A stretch of 64,000 bases of DNA from Simkaniaceae bacterium (GTDB lineage Bacteria; Chlamydiota; Chlamydiia; Chlamydiales; JACRBE01). Every line of letters starts with the position of its first letter. Position 1 is the first letter of the stretch. A program made the translations under genes and the position numbers. The stretch is from assembly GCA_021734805.1 (NCBI GenBank), contig JAIPIG010000003.1, positions 10,781 to 74,780 of the forward strand. Direction: 5' to 3'. Of the stretch, positions 55,874 to 64,000 are shown piece after piece. The notes below the pieces were generated by a model. It did no database searches. It was not told the DNA's origin and saw only the letters and a list, made by a program, of their open reading frames with translations.

Positions 55874-56551
55874 CTAATCAACGGACCAATCAATGGGTTT
55901 CTTTCCCCACAAGAAAAGTAATTCATTTGCCTTTGAGAAGTGACCACAGCCAAAAAACCTGTGTGCAGAAAAAGGAGAAGGGTGAGCTGCAATGAGGACC
56001 TGATGTTGATTGGGTACTTCTCTAATCGCATCTAACTTAGCCTCAGCACTTTTTCCCCAAAGAAAAAAGATCACAGGATCTTTCCTTTCAATTAATTTTT
56101 TCACAACAGCATCTGTGAATATCTCCCATCCCTGCCCAAAATGGGATTTTGGCGTGCCCGCTTCTACAGTAAGAGTTGCATTCAAAAGCAAAACGCCTTG
56201 TTTAGCCCAATTCTCTAAATTTCCATGAGTTGGAATCGGCAAATGCAAATCCCTCTGCATTTCCTTGTAGATATTTTGCAATGAAGGCGGGATTTTAACT
56301 CCCCTAGGAACACTAAATGAAAGTCCATGAGCTTGATTCACCCCATGATAGGGGTCTTGACCAATGATCACAATTTTGACTTCATGATAAGGGGTATACG
56401 AAAAAGCATTAAAAACTTGATTTAACGGAGGATAAATTGTCTTACCTAAAACAGCTCTATCGCGTATAAATTCCTTAAGATCCGCAATATATGGCTTATT
56501 GATTTCTTCACTTAAAATCTCATGCCAATTTTTAGGAATTGTCATTGTCAT
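55874..56551 (-). CDS. ung: Uracil-DNA glycosylase
   Basis: VIIGQDPYHG (catalytic Asp), GVLLLNATLTV and HPSPFSA (His in the leucine-loop region). Confidence 0.95.
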   Translation of the reverse strand: MTMTIPKNWHEILSEEINKPYIADLKEFIRDRAVLGKTIYPPLNQVFNAFSYTPYHEVKIVIIGQDPYHGVNQAHGLSFSVPRGVKIPPSLQNIYKEMQRDLHLPIPTHGNLENWAKQGVLLLNATLTVEAGTPKSHFGQGWEIFTDAVVKKLIERKDPVIFFLWGKSAEAKLDAIREVPNQHQVLIAAHPSPFSAHRFFGCGHFSKANELLFLWGKKPIDWSVD

Positions 56552-56613
56552 TATTTGTACTCAAGTGATTTTTGATACCTTTTCCCACGTAAAACAAGGG
56601 AAATTCCTCATGA

Positions 56614-56680
56614 TATACCAGGAGTGATTAAAAATCTCCCCATAAATAGGATAGTAACTCTTGAATCCCGAGCGGTATAC
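56614..56680 (+). repeat. Family-1 repeat, medium copy (67 bp) upstream of tRNA-Pro
   Basis: TATACCAGGAGTGATTAAAAATCTCCCCATAAATAGG...CTCTTGAATCCCGAGCGGTATAC has left and right termini plus the hairpin core homologous to 22052-22095. Confidence 0.7.
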
Positions 56681-56789
56681 ATCCGTTCTGCCAAACCGGA
56701 AAGATTTGACAGAAAGGCGATAACTTTGTACCATTACCCTCGGTTTTCCCTAGAAATTCTTTTCTAAGGACGTCGCAAATCAATTTTAT

Positions 56790-56864
56790 CTGGGTGTGGC
56801 GCAGCTTGGTCAGCGCGCAAGCTTGGGGTGCTTGAGGTCGGAGGTTCGAATCCTCTCACTCAGA
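56790..56864 (+). tRNA. tRNA-Pro (anticodon GGG)
   Basis: Hand-folded cloverleaf: acceptor CTGGGTG/CACTCAG (C1:G72, one G:U), D arm GCGC-AGCTTGGTCA-GCGC, anticodon arm CAAGC-TTGGGGT-GCTTG (G37), T arm GGAGG-TTCGAAT-CCTCT. CCA is not encoded. Confidence 0.93.
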
Positions 56865-56953
56865 TATTTTTCTCTATTAACTATAGCTTATCAAATACAA
56901 AAATTATTCCTACGCCTTAACACGCACAAACAGGATGCTGTTTTTTTCATTTT

Positions 56954-57035
56954 GGTTAATGAATGTTGGCTATCCCATCGTTGGACGCGTGAGAGAACCC
57001 CCGCTTTAAGCCGGGGAGATTGCAGCTTCCTATCC
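56954..57035 (+). repeat. Family-1 repeat, 3' portion, downstream of tRNA-Pro
   Basis: GGTTAATGAATGTTGGCTATCCCATCG...GCGTGAGAG...GGGGAGATTGCAGCTTCC aligns with 22104-22176 of the long copy. Confidence 0.7.
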
Positions 57036-57112
57036 ATTCATTCGCTCCCTCTTTATTGATTGTTTATAACTACGTTAATAGCCTGTTCAACACTTGTGCT
57101 TAAACTTGTTCA

Positions 57113-57123
57113 TAACCTGAGTT
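57113..57123 (+). repeat. Family-2 solo terminus (TAACCTGAGTT)
   Basis: The 11-mer is shared with 23107 and with both ends of 33436-33574. Confidence 0.5.
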
Positions 57124-57478
57124 TGTTCAAAAAAGTGGGGTTTTCAACCATTGTTAAACATGTTATCAACAAAACCCTTCTTCTCTTAAAAACCCACACT
57201 TATCAACAGCTTCCACACGCTATGAAGAAGAAGAATATTATATATATATTATTATTAATACTAAAAGAGGGTGTGGGAATCTTGTAAAAAACAGGCGATT
57301 ATAAACGAAGATAAGGTAAACCCAAAGAGGGTAATTACATAGAGAGAAATAGGATCATCACGTGGTTGTTATTGATCGTTCATAAGTCATGTTTTTGATC
57401 AACTTCAACAATTCACTTTAAAAAAACAATTGAATTTCAGAACATACATGTTTCATTTTAAGTTAGGACAGCTTCTTT

Positions 57479-58114
57479 ATGGTTTTACTGGATTGGAGAA
57501 CATATTTTCCGGATTTAGACACAGCTCATATGAAATTTTTTCATAAATTCAAAAATCCTTTGGATTTGCTGATCAATTTGAAGGAATATATCGATAAATA
57601 TGAAAATAGGGGTATTCATTCATCGATTTCCGCTTCTGTGAAAATCGTTAATCCGGATTTAGTCTTCATTGGGGAAAATGTGACGATTGAGGAAAACGCT
57701 AAAATCATTGGCCCCTGTATTTTAGAAGAAGGAGCCCATGTGGGTCACTGCGGATTGATCCGCCCCTATACAATTTTAGATAAAGGGGCCGTTGTAGGAC
57801 ATGCAACTGAAGTTAAGCATAGTATTTTATTGCCACACTCGAAGGCGCCCCACTTTAACTATGTTGGTGATTCAATTTTGGGATCCTATGTCAACTTAGG
57901 TGCAGGCGCTATCTGCGCCAATATGAGATTTGATCAGCATCAGGTCAAGATCAAACTAGGCAATGACTTTATTGATACGGGGATTAAAAAATTTGGATCA
58001 ATCATCGGAACTCATGCTAATATTGGGTGCAATGTTGTCCTACAGCCCGGAACACTGGTTTTACCTCATACTTGTCTTTATACGAGACCTGAACTAGTAA
58101 GGTTTACGCTATGA
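57479..58114 (+). CDS. Left-handed beta-helix (hexapeptide-repeat) transferase-like protein
   Basis: Consecutive hexapeptide-type turns (IGENVTIEENAKIIGPCILEEGAHVGHCGLIRPYTILDKGAVVGHATEVKHSIL...VNLGAGAICAN...IGTHANIGCNVVL). No nucleotidyltransferase N-domain is visible. Confidence 0.65.
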   Translation: MVLLDWRTYFPDLDTAHMKFFHKFKNPLDLLINLKEYIDKYENRGIHSSISASVKIVNPDLVFIGENVTIEENAKIIGPCILEEGAHVGHCGLIRPYTILDKGAVVGHATEVKHSILLPHSKAPHFNYVGDSILGSYVNLGAGAICANMRFDQHQVKIKLGNDFIDTGIKKFGSIIGTHANIGCNVVLQPGTLVLPHTCLYTRPELVRFTL

Positions 58115-58182
58115 ATTTACCAAAATCTTGCTAAATAAATCATAAGCTGTCCTAATATTCATGATTGAACTCACTATTGTCT

Positions 58183-59052
58183 ATGCAAATGAATCCTCTT
58201 CAAAAATATAAAGAACCTTTTGAAATCGCTTTGATCAATAGCATTGATAGCCTAGGCCCAAAGAGCCTTCTTATTGAGGCCTCTCGTTATAGCCTGATTA
58301 ATGAGGGAAAACGAGTTCGACCTATTATCGTTCTTTCTATTGCCGATCATCTCTCCAGTATACATCGTGCCATGCCGGCAGCATTAGCTGTTGAGTATTT
58401 CCACACGGCATCTCTTATTGCAGATGATATGCCTTGCATGGATAATGATGATTTTCGGCGTAATCGCCTGTCTTTACATAAAGAATTTGGAGAAGCTGAG
58501 GCATTGTTGACAAGTTATGGTTTGATAACTGCCGCCTTCCATAAAATCCATGAAAATGCCCAATTAATCGAAGACCGAGGGCCTCGTTTTGCCTTAGCGA
58601 TTGAATTAGCTTCAAAATCCGCAGGTTTTTTTGGGGCGACAACGGGCCAATATTGGGATTTATTTGAGAAGGATTTGAATCTTCAAGTGGTTGAAAAAAT
58701 TTTTTACCACAAGACGGGAACTCTTTTTGAGGTTTCTTTTGTTTTCGGCTGGATATTTGGAGGGGGAGATTTGAAACAAATCGATTCTATACGCGAATTA
58801 GCTTACACATACGGTCTAGCTTTTCAAATTGCCGATGATTTACTTGATCTCGATCAGGATTTGGCAGAAAAAAATGCTCTAAATATTGCCATTCAGCTTG
58901 GAAAAGATCGGGCTTTTGAGATTATGAATGCCCACCTATCCCGTTATTTTCTGCTCTTGGATGAGCTAGGTTTAACAAATGATGCGCTTAAGTTTTTAGC
59001 TGATACTCTAATCGCTCGAGTTAGCCACGTTAGAATACCGGCGCACATGTAA
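58183..59052 (+). CDS. Polyprenyl diphosphate synthase (FPP/GGPP synthase family)
   Basis: The first Asp-rich motif is in SLIADDMPCMDNDDFRRNR and the second in FQIADDLLD. The track start at 58165 is TTG, and the first ATG is at 58183. Confidence 0.85.
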   Translation: MQMNPLQKYKEPFEIALINSIDSLGPKSLLIEASRYSLINEGKRVRPIIVLSIADHLSSIHRAMPAALAVEYFHTASLIADDMPCMDNDDFRRNRLSLHKEFGEAEALLTSYGLITAAFHKIHENAQLIEDRGPRFALAIELASKSAGFFGATTGQYWDLFEKDLNLQVVEKIFYHKTGTLFEVSFVFGWIFGGGDLKQIDSIRELAYTYGLAFQIADDLLDLDQDLAEKNALNIAIQLGKDRAFEIMNAHLSRYFLLLDELGLTNDALKFLADTLIARVSHVRIPAHM

Positions 59053-59066
59053 ACCATTGCGAGTTT

Positions 59067-59117
59067 ATACCAGATCCACTTCAATCTTACTCAAGAAAAT
59101 TGAAGTGGATCTGGTAT
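59067..59117. terminator. 19-bp perfect inverted repeat between convergent genes (possible bidirectional terminator)
   Basis: ATACCAGATCCACTTCAAT-13 nt-ATTGAAGTGGATCTGGTAT. There are no flanking T-tracts. Confidence 0.45.
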
Positions 59118-59137
59118 GGTTCATAATTTGGAGCGAC

Positions 59138-59410
59138 TTAGTCATTTTTTTTTATCTTTTTTTCATACTCATAAATCTTGTGTATTTTTAAGATGGGACT
59201 ATCATTGTCTTTGATTCCGGCTTTTTCAAGAAAGCCTTCGTAATCCCCCTTAAAATCTTTCTTGTGATTTTCTAAAATGGAATCCATAACTTCCGTTCCT
59301 TGGATACTATTTAGAATTTCATTGAGTTTTGCTGGATCTATGGTTTTTATTTTTTTTAAAGCTTCTTCTGTTTGCTTCATAACATCTTTCAGTGATTTTT
59401 CAAAATCCAT
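59138..59410 (-). CDS. Small hypothetical helical protein
   Basis: 90-aa ORF that is Lys/Glu-rich, with no recognisable motif. It lies downstream of recA on the same strand but is separated from it by a terminator. Confidence 0.4.
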   Translation of the reverse strand: MDFEKSLKDVMKQTEEALKKIKTIDPAKLNEILNSIQGTEVMDSILENHKKDFKGDYEGFLEKAGIKDNDSPILKIHKIYEYEKKIKKND

Positions 59411-59511
59411 AACAATACTTTTGTTCTAGCTAATCGGTATAACTTCTAGTTACCAGCTTTTTTGATTTTCTTCTTTAAAGATTGTATGGCGGTATATGTA
59501 AATCAGATTTA

Positions 59512-59550
59512 CAAAAAAAAACCTTTAGGAGGTTAACCCCCCTAAAGGTT
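59512..59550 (-). terminator. Rho-independent terminator of recA
   Basis: On the minus strand, ACCTTTAGG-GGGGTTAACCT-CCTAAAGGT is followed by T9, 54 nt after the recA stop. Confidence 0.85.
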
Positions 59551-59603
59551 TTGTTCTAAAAGGTCTAAAAAGATTTATTCAGTTAAACTCATTGGTTATA
59601 GAA

Positions 59604-60674
59604 TTAAGTTAAAGAGAGTGTTTCATCTACAAGTGTTTCATCCTCAACTTCCTCTTGCTTTACAGCCACTAGATTGTCGCTTTTGCGCTGCACAATCAAT
59701 TTTTCTAATTCTTCAGTTAAGGCAGCATTTTTTTGTAGTTCTAAGCGAGCCGCTTCTCTTCCTTGGAATCGGTGGTCTTTATAAGTCAACCAAGTTCCTT
59801 TTTTATCAATAATATTAAGCTCAATAGCTAGATCTAACACAGAGCCTTCTCTTGAAATACCCTCGTTAAATAAGATGTCGAACTCAGCAACTCTAAAAGG
59901 AGGCGCTAGTTTATTTTTAACAACTTTGACTTTGACTCTATTTCCTTTGTCTAGGTTTTCAGTCCCTTTAATCGAGCCGGTGCGTCGAATTTCTAGACGG
60001 ACAGAAGAGTAAAACTTAAGAGCTCTTCCCCCTGTTGTTGTTTCCGGGTTTCCAAAGAAAACCCCCACTTTTTCTCGAATTTGATTAATAAAGATAGCGC
60101 AAGTATTTGTTCTAGCTAAAGTGGCCGTTAGTTTTCTTAGGGCTTGTGACATCATGCGGGCCTGTAAACCAATGTGCTGGTCGCCAATTTCCCCTTCAAG
60201 TTCGCTTCTGGGGACAAGGGCTGCAACAGAGTCAATGACGATCACATCAACGGCATTTGATCTTGCAAGCATTTCGGCAATATTAAGCGCATCTTCACCG
60301 CAATCGGGTTGTGAAATCATTAGTTCATCGAGATTAACTCCAATTTTTTTTGCATAACCCGGATCAAGCGCGTGTTCAGCATCGATGTAGGCAGCAATTC
60401 CACCATTTTTTTGGCAATTGCTGACAACATGTAGGGCTAGGGTTGATTTTCCCGATGATTCAGGGCCATAAATTTCAACGACTCTTCCTCTTGGGACTCC
60501 ACCAACTCCTATGGCGACATCTAGTGCAATAGATCCGGTAGAAATAGAGCTAATTACTCGAATAGTGGCTTGTTTGCCGAGAGACATAATAGATCCCAAT
60601 CCAAACTGCTTTTCAATATGTGAAACTGCAGCCTGGAGGGCTTTTTTTTTGGGGGTTTCAGATTGTTGAGTCAT
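59604..60674 (-). CDS. recA: Recombinase RecA
   Basis: [15 protein letters not shown] Walker A, the [10 protein letters not shown] region, the L1/L2 loops and [11 protein letters not shown]. Confidence 0.98.
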   Translation of the reverse strand: MTQQSETPKKKALQAAVSHIEKQFGLGSIMSLGKQATIRVISSISTGSIALDVAIGVGGVPRGRVVEIYGPESSGKSTLALHVVSNCQKNGGIAAYIDAEHALDPGYAKKIGVNLDELMISQPDCGEDALNIAEMLARSNAVDVIVIDSVAALVPRSELEGEIGDQHIGLQARMMSQALRKLTATLARTNTCAIFINQIREKVGVFFGNPETTTGGRALKFYSSVRLEIRRTGSIKGTENLDKGNRVKVKVVKNKLAPPFRVAEFDILFNEGISREGSVLDLAIELNIIDKKGTWLTYKDHRFQGREAARLELQKNAALTEELEKLIVQRKSDNLVAVKQEEVEDETLVDETLSLT

Positions 60675-60865
60675 AGGTTTTCTCCATCTGTTGATATATT
60701 TAAAAATAATAAATTTACATCGATCTTCCTATATTATCTATCTGGATTGTAATAATGAAGAGGCAATTTTATAAAAACTTAAGAGAACTCCTTTCAGTGT
60801 AAAAAAAGATAGACAAAAAAGGGGTATAGATTTTCTTTTAAAAAAACAAATTGTTAGGTGAAGAC

Positions 60866-61846
60866 ATGGTTTATCTTGCGGGGGATATTGGTGGGACAAA
60901 GACCCATTTAGCCTTTTATCATTTAAATGATACTGAATATAAAAGCTTTGTATCTCAAAAATTTCATAGTCACGAATATCCGGATCTCATTTCAATTGTC
61001 CGTATATTCTGTGAGAAATTTCCACAAAAAATTAAAAGAGCTTGCTTTGGAGTTGCCGGTCCTATTCGTGACAATATTTGTAAGGCAACAAATTTACCGT
61101 GGGTCATTGATGCAAATAAAATGGAAAAAGAGTTAGGTATTGAAAAGATTTTCCTTATTAACGACTTGGAAGCAAATGCGTATGGGATAAAAACCCTTAA
61201 AGAGAAAGATTTTTTTACTCTAAATGCTGGAATAGAAGAAGTTAAAGGAAATCAGGGGTTGATTTCAGCGGGAACGGGACTTGGAGAGGCCGGTCTTTTT
61301 TACAATGGAGAAGAAACAATTCCCTTTGCTTGTGAAGGAGGCCATGCTGATTTCGCTGCAAGAAATGAAGTAGAAATGCGACTTTTTGAGTTTTTAAAAC
61401 AAAAATACGAACACGTTTCCTATGAAAGAATTTTATCCGGAAAGGGATTTTGGGAATTATACCGGTTTTTAACTCAGGTTGAAAAAATGGCTAAGTGTCA
61501 ATTGGTTGAAGAATGTCCTAAAGATCAAGATCCTTCTGTTATTATCACACAGCAAGGAACTGAAAAATACGATAGAACTTGTATGGAAGTAATGGATCTT
61601 TTTTGTTCAATTTATGGTGCCGAAGCTGGGAATTTAGCGCTTAAATACCTGGCAATCAGTGGAATTTATGTTGGTGGTGGAATTGCACCTAAGATTCTAA
61701 AAGCCCTTCAAAAAGGGGGGTTTATTGAAAACTTTACTAAGAAGGGTCGGTTTAAGGAATTATTAGAGTCGATTCCTGTTAAAGTGGTTCTTGACCAAGA
61801 AACTGCACTTAAGGGAGCTGCATATTATTGTATCCGATCGAAATAA
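60866..61846 (+). CDS. glk: Glucokinase
   Basis: MVYLAGDIGGTKTHLAFY (ATP-binding DxGGT), plus LINDLEANAYG and GGGIAPKIL typical of the Glk family. The ATG at 60866 follows AGGTGAAG, and the track start at 60851 is TTG. Confidence 0.85.
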   Translation: MVYLAGDIGGTKTHLAFYHLNDTEYKSFVSQKFHSHEYPDLISIVRIFCEKFPQKIKRACFGVAGPIRDNICKATNLPWVIDANKMEKELGIEKIFLINDLEANAYGIKTLKEKDFFTLNAGIEEVKGNQGLISAGTGLGEAGLFYNGEETIPFACEGGHADFAARNEVEMRLFEFLKQKYEHVSYERILSGKGFWELYRFLTQVEKMAKCQLVEECPKDQDPSVIITQQGTEKYDRTCMEVMDLFCSIYGAEAGNLALKYLAISGIYVGGGIAPKILKALQKGGFIENFTKKGRFKELLESIPVKVVLDQETALKGAAYYCIRSK

Positions 61847-61851
61847 GATAA

Positions 61852-61975
61852 GCGGAGGCCAAGCAGCAATCTCGTTCCCCTATCCGGGGAGCTCTCAAGC
61901 GGACCGGATGATATGATAGTCAATATTCCCTGACTATCGAAAAATTCCCTCTATTCATGGAGGGGATTTTTTGAT
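61852..61975 (-). repeat. Family-1 dispersed repeat, long copy in reverse orientation; its hairpin module doubles as a likely glk terminator
   Basis: The reverse complement aligns over about 125 bp with 22063-22185 (AAAAAATCCCCTCCATGAATAGAGGGAATTTTT...AGGGAATATTGACTATCATATC...CCGGTCCGCTTGAGAG...GAGATTGCTGCTTGGCC). On the + strand, AAAAATTCCCTC-TATTCATG-GAGGGGATTTTTT ends in a T-tract. Confidence 0.85.
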
Positions 61976-62211
61976 TTTCTTAAAAAAGATGGCCTAAAAC
62001 CCTTTATTTTTAATGGGTTTGTAAAAAAAAATCTTTTTTTTAAATTAATAAAAAGGGCTTTTAGGAGCCCACTTTGGGGCTTTTTTTAGCAAGGTTGTTA
62101 ATTAAGATGTTAAAAATTAAATGAAAAATAATAAAAAATGTTTCAAAAAATATTATATTTTATTTATACGGTGAATTAGAAACAATAAACTTTAATTTTT
62201 TGTAAACCCCC

Positions 62212-63339
62212 ATGAGGAAAGACATGAACAATAACCTATTCAAGAAAGTCCCTCTAGCTTTCGCTGCTATCGCTGCTAGCGCAGCAGCTTTTGCTGGAAT
62301 GGATATGGACTCTAGAGTTTCTCAATTAGAGACTCAAATGAAACAAGTCCGCATAGAAACAGAACAGGAATCATTTGGTGCTAATACTGCTTCTGCTCGC
62401 CCAGAATCAGATTTAACCGGTTTCTATATTGGTGCTGGATTTGTTTACCAACAAGCTAAAGCTGGTGGTACAGATTACGCTTATACAGACAATGATTCTG
62501 CAAACACATTCCCTATTTATGGCAGTATGCAAGATATTGATTATAAATGGGGCTGGGGACTAAATATCATGGCTGGATACAATATGCCACATGATGGAAT
62601 GGATGTCCGCCTTAATTATCACTATTACGACCAAAGCTCAAACGGAAAAGTTGCAGCCGGTCTTAATGGAGTCATTGTTCCTTTAAGAGCTGCTAGTACA
62701 ATTGTTGATGGTACTGAAGGTAGCTTTGATCAGTGTACATCGGCATCATCTGATTATAGCTTAAACATGAACTTGCTTGATCTTCAACTTGGAAGAGACT
62801 TTTTTGTGAGCAAAATGCTTACACTTCGTCCTTTCTTTGGATTATCTTCTCAGTGGATTTCTCAAAAACAAAACACTCAATACTCTGGTGGAAGCCAGCT
62901 CGATGTAAACAGTGTTTATGTTAATGATACTAGCAAATTCTGGGGAATGGGTCCTGAAGTTGGTGTTAACACTCAGTGGTATCTTGGCGAAGGCTTTAGC
63001 ATCTTTGGTGATGTGAACGGATCACTTCTCTATGGCCGCTTTGATGTAAACCACAGAGAGAACTATTCTCAAAACGTTAACCATGTTATAAGCATCAATG
63101 GCGATGTTCACCGTGTTGTTCCTACAGCTCAAGGGATCATTGGTCTTTCTTATGACACATATGTTGATAATTCAACTCACCACTTTGGAATCCGAATTGG
63201 TTACAACGTTGAATACTTCTTCTTCCAAAATCAAATGTTAAAAATTGATTACGAAGCAGATACAACTGTTCACTTTGAAAGAGCAAATGAGAACTTAGGA
63301 ATCCACGGTCTTACTGTAGACGCTAGCTGGAGCTTCTAA
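62212..63339 (+). CDS. MOMP-like outer-membrane porin (Legionella-type major OMP family), paralogue 1
   Basis: Signal peptide ...LAFAAIAASAAAFA, N-terminal coiled segment MDSRVSQLETQMKQV, a beta-strand-rich body and C-terminal ...VDASWSF. An alternative ATG at 62224 has a GAGGA RBS. Confidence 0.75.
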   Translation: MRKDMNNNLFKKVPLAFAAIAASAAAFAGMDMDSRVSQLETQMKQVRIETEQESFGANTASARPESDLTGFYIGAGFVYQQAKAGGTDYAYTDNDSANTFPIYGSMQDIDYKWGWGLNIMAGYNMPHDGMDVRLNYHYYDQSSNGKVAAGLNGVIVPLRAASTIVDGTEGSFDQCTSASSDYSLNMNLLDLQLGRDFFVSKMLTLRPFFGLSSQWISQKQNTQYSGGSQLDVNSVYVNDTSKFWGMGPEVGVNTQWYLGEGFSIFGDVNGSLLYGRFDVNHRENYSQNVNHVISINGDVHRVVPTAQGIIGLSYDTYVDNSTHHFGIRIGYNVEYFFFQNQMLKIDYEADTTVHFERANENLGIHGLTVDASWSF

Positions 63340-63363
63340 GCCCATTAGAAACTCACAAGTTTC

Positions 63364-63397
63364 GAAAAAGCAGATCAGAAATGATCTGCTTTTTTTT
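63364..63397 (+). terminator. Rho-independent terminator after the porin gene
   Basis: AAAAAGCAGATCA-GAAA-TGATCTGCTTTTTTTTT. Confidence 0.9.
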
Positions 63398-63529
63398 TAT
63401 AAATATTTATTTGTTTTCATAGAGAGAGGGAAAAGGAATTCGTTTTTTTCTTTAAAAAAAAATGTGGATTCTTTTATGTATGTAGGTTAACTTTTAATTT
63501 ACATAACGACTTTTTGTATGAGGATAAAT

Positions 63530-64000
63530 ATGATAAAGAGATTTAGTTTCCTTAATGGGTTGGTGTTTAGCGCGATAGTGCCAGCTATGTCATTTGCAGC
63601 GACAATGGATAGCCGTATTGACACACTTGAAAAACAAGTGTCAATGTCTACAACAACCAACACAATGGGCGGAATGGGTGCAAAGAATGCATCTGCTCTC
63701 CCTGATAATGACAACGAGGGTTGGCATTTACAACTTGGGTTTGTTTATGAGCAACCAAGAATTGGTGGAACACAATTTGCTATTAAGAGCAACACTCCAT
63801 CGACTAGCTCAAGAACTCTTGAAGATGTAAGCCAAATTGATGCTAATTGGAGCTTTGGTATTGTTGCCGGGCTTGGGTATAAAGTGCCTGAGCGTATGTG
63901 GGATTGCTCACTTGATTACATGTACCTAAAAAATACAACAAATGCTCAAGCCAACTCAGGATTGCTCAGTTCTGTTTTACCGGTAAAAGCAAAATTTAAC
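63530..64000 (+). CDS. MOMP-like outer-membrane porin, paralogue 2 (3' end outside window)
   Basis: This gene is not in the ORF track because it runs off the window. I translated it by hand from the ATG at 63530 and found no stop through 64000: MIKRFSFLNGLVFSAIVPAMSFAATMDSRIDTLEKQVSM...GWHLQLGFVYEQPRIGGTQFA...QIDANWSFGIVAGLGYKVPERMWDCSLDYMYL. It aligns with paralogue 1 (MDSRVSQLETQ, GFYIGAGFVYQQAKAGGTDYA, DIDYKWGWGLNIMAGYNMPHDGMDVRLNYHYY). Confidence 0.75.
   Translation, partial: MIKRFSFLNGLVFSAIVPAMSFAATMDSRIDTLEKQVSMSTTTNTMGGMGAKNASALPDNDNEGWHLQLGFVYEQPRIGGTQFAIKSNTPSTSSRTLEDVSQIDANWSFGIVAGLGYKVPERMWDCSLDYMYLKNTTNAQANSGLLSSVLPVKAKFN

Noticed and set aside
56796-57287. ORFs 56796-57059 and 57060-57287 (+)
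   Set aside because: The first overlaps tRNA-Pro and a family-1 repeat. The second covers the AT-rich spacer with the DnaA-box-like motifs and has a low-complexity translation.
1-64000. Search for transposase, integrase, phage, restriction-modification, toxin-antitoxin or other classical defence genes that might explain the repeats
   Set aside because: None of the translated ORFs showed DDE/HUH, tyrosine or serine recombinase, capsid or terminase, methyltransferase-endonuclease or small TA-pair signatures that I could recognise. The MITE-like elements therefore appear non-autonomous in this window.

Overview
This 64-kb window looks like a low-GC chromosome (about 40% on a few hand-counted lines) from a Chlamydiae-type bacterium, probably an environmental chlamydia. 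The evidence is a sigma-66-type rpoD, a gspD-E-F-G type II secretion operon, thrS followed by a pGP6-D-like gene, an aspC/tyrB-mreC pair, rpoD close to rpsT, an Inc-like membrane protein and MOMP-like porins. I call about 52 protein-coding genes (two truncated by the window edges) and two tRNAs, tRNA-Ala(GGC) and tRNA-Pro(GGG). The recognisable genes are a response-regulator C-terminus, the T2SS locus, mutY, mreC, aspC, rpoD, rpsT, recD-recB-recC, thrS, purB, dapA, ung, a polyprenyl synthase, recA and glk. Three outer-membrane beta-barrel genes are present, two of them tandem paralogues. Accessory content includes an Inc-like TPR protein, a 951-aa TPR protein and a 1169-aa vWA protein in one same-strand cluster. 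It also includes an 866-aa MORN/YwqK-repeat protein, a CoiA-like nuclease, a TagF-like plus GT2 glycan pair, an LplT-like MFS fusion and a 929-aa protein with a papain-like Q-x4-C motif. No transposase, integrase, CRISPR array, rRNA or obvious prophage genes are present. Two results stand out. (1) The T2SS operon runs without a convincing terminator into a small-molecule O-methyltransferase and three tandem 4-TM paralogues, and a 30-bp inverted repeat sits between gspG and the next pseudopilin gene. (2) The intergenic space holds at least three dispersed palindromic or MITE-like repeat families that flank both tRNA genes, fill convergent gene gaps and may supply promoter or terminator signals. 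Every functional call rests on motif recognition by eye, so all need a database or structure search. Many ORF-track starts are TTG or GTG, and I moved starts where an ATG with an RBS was visible.
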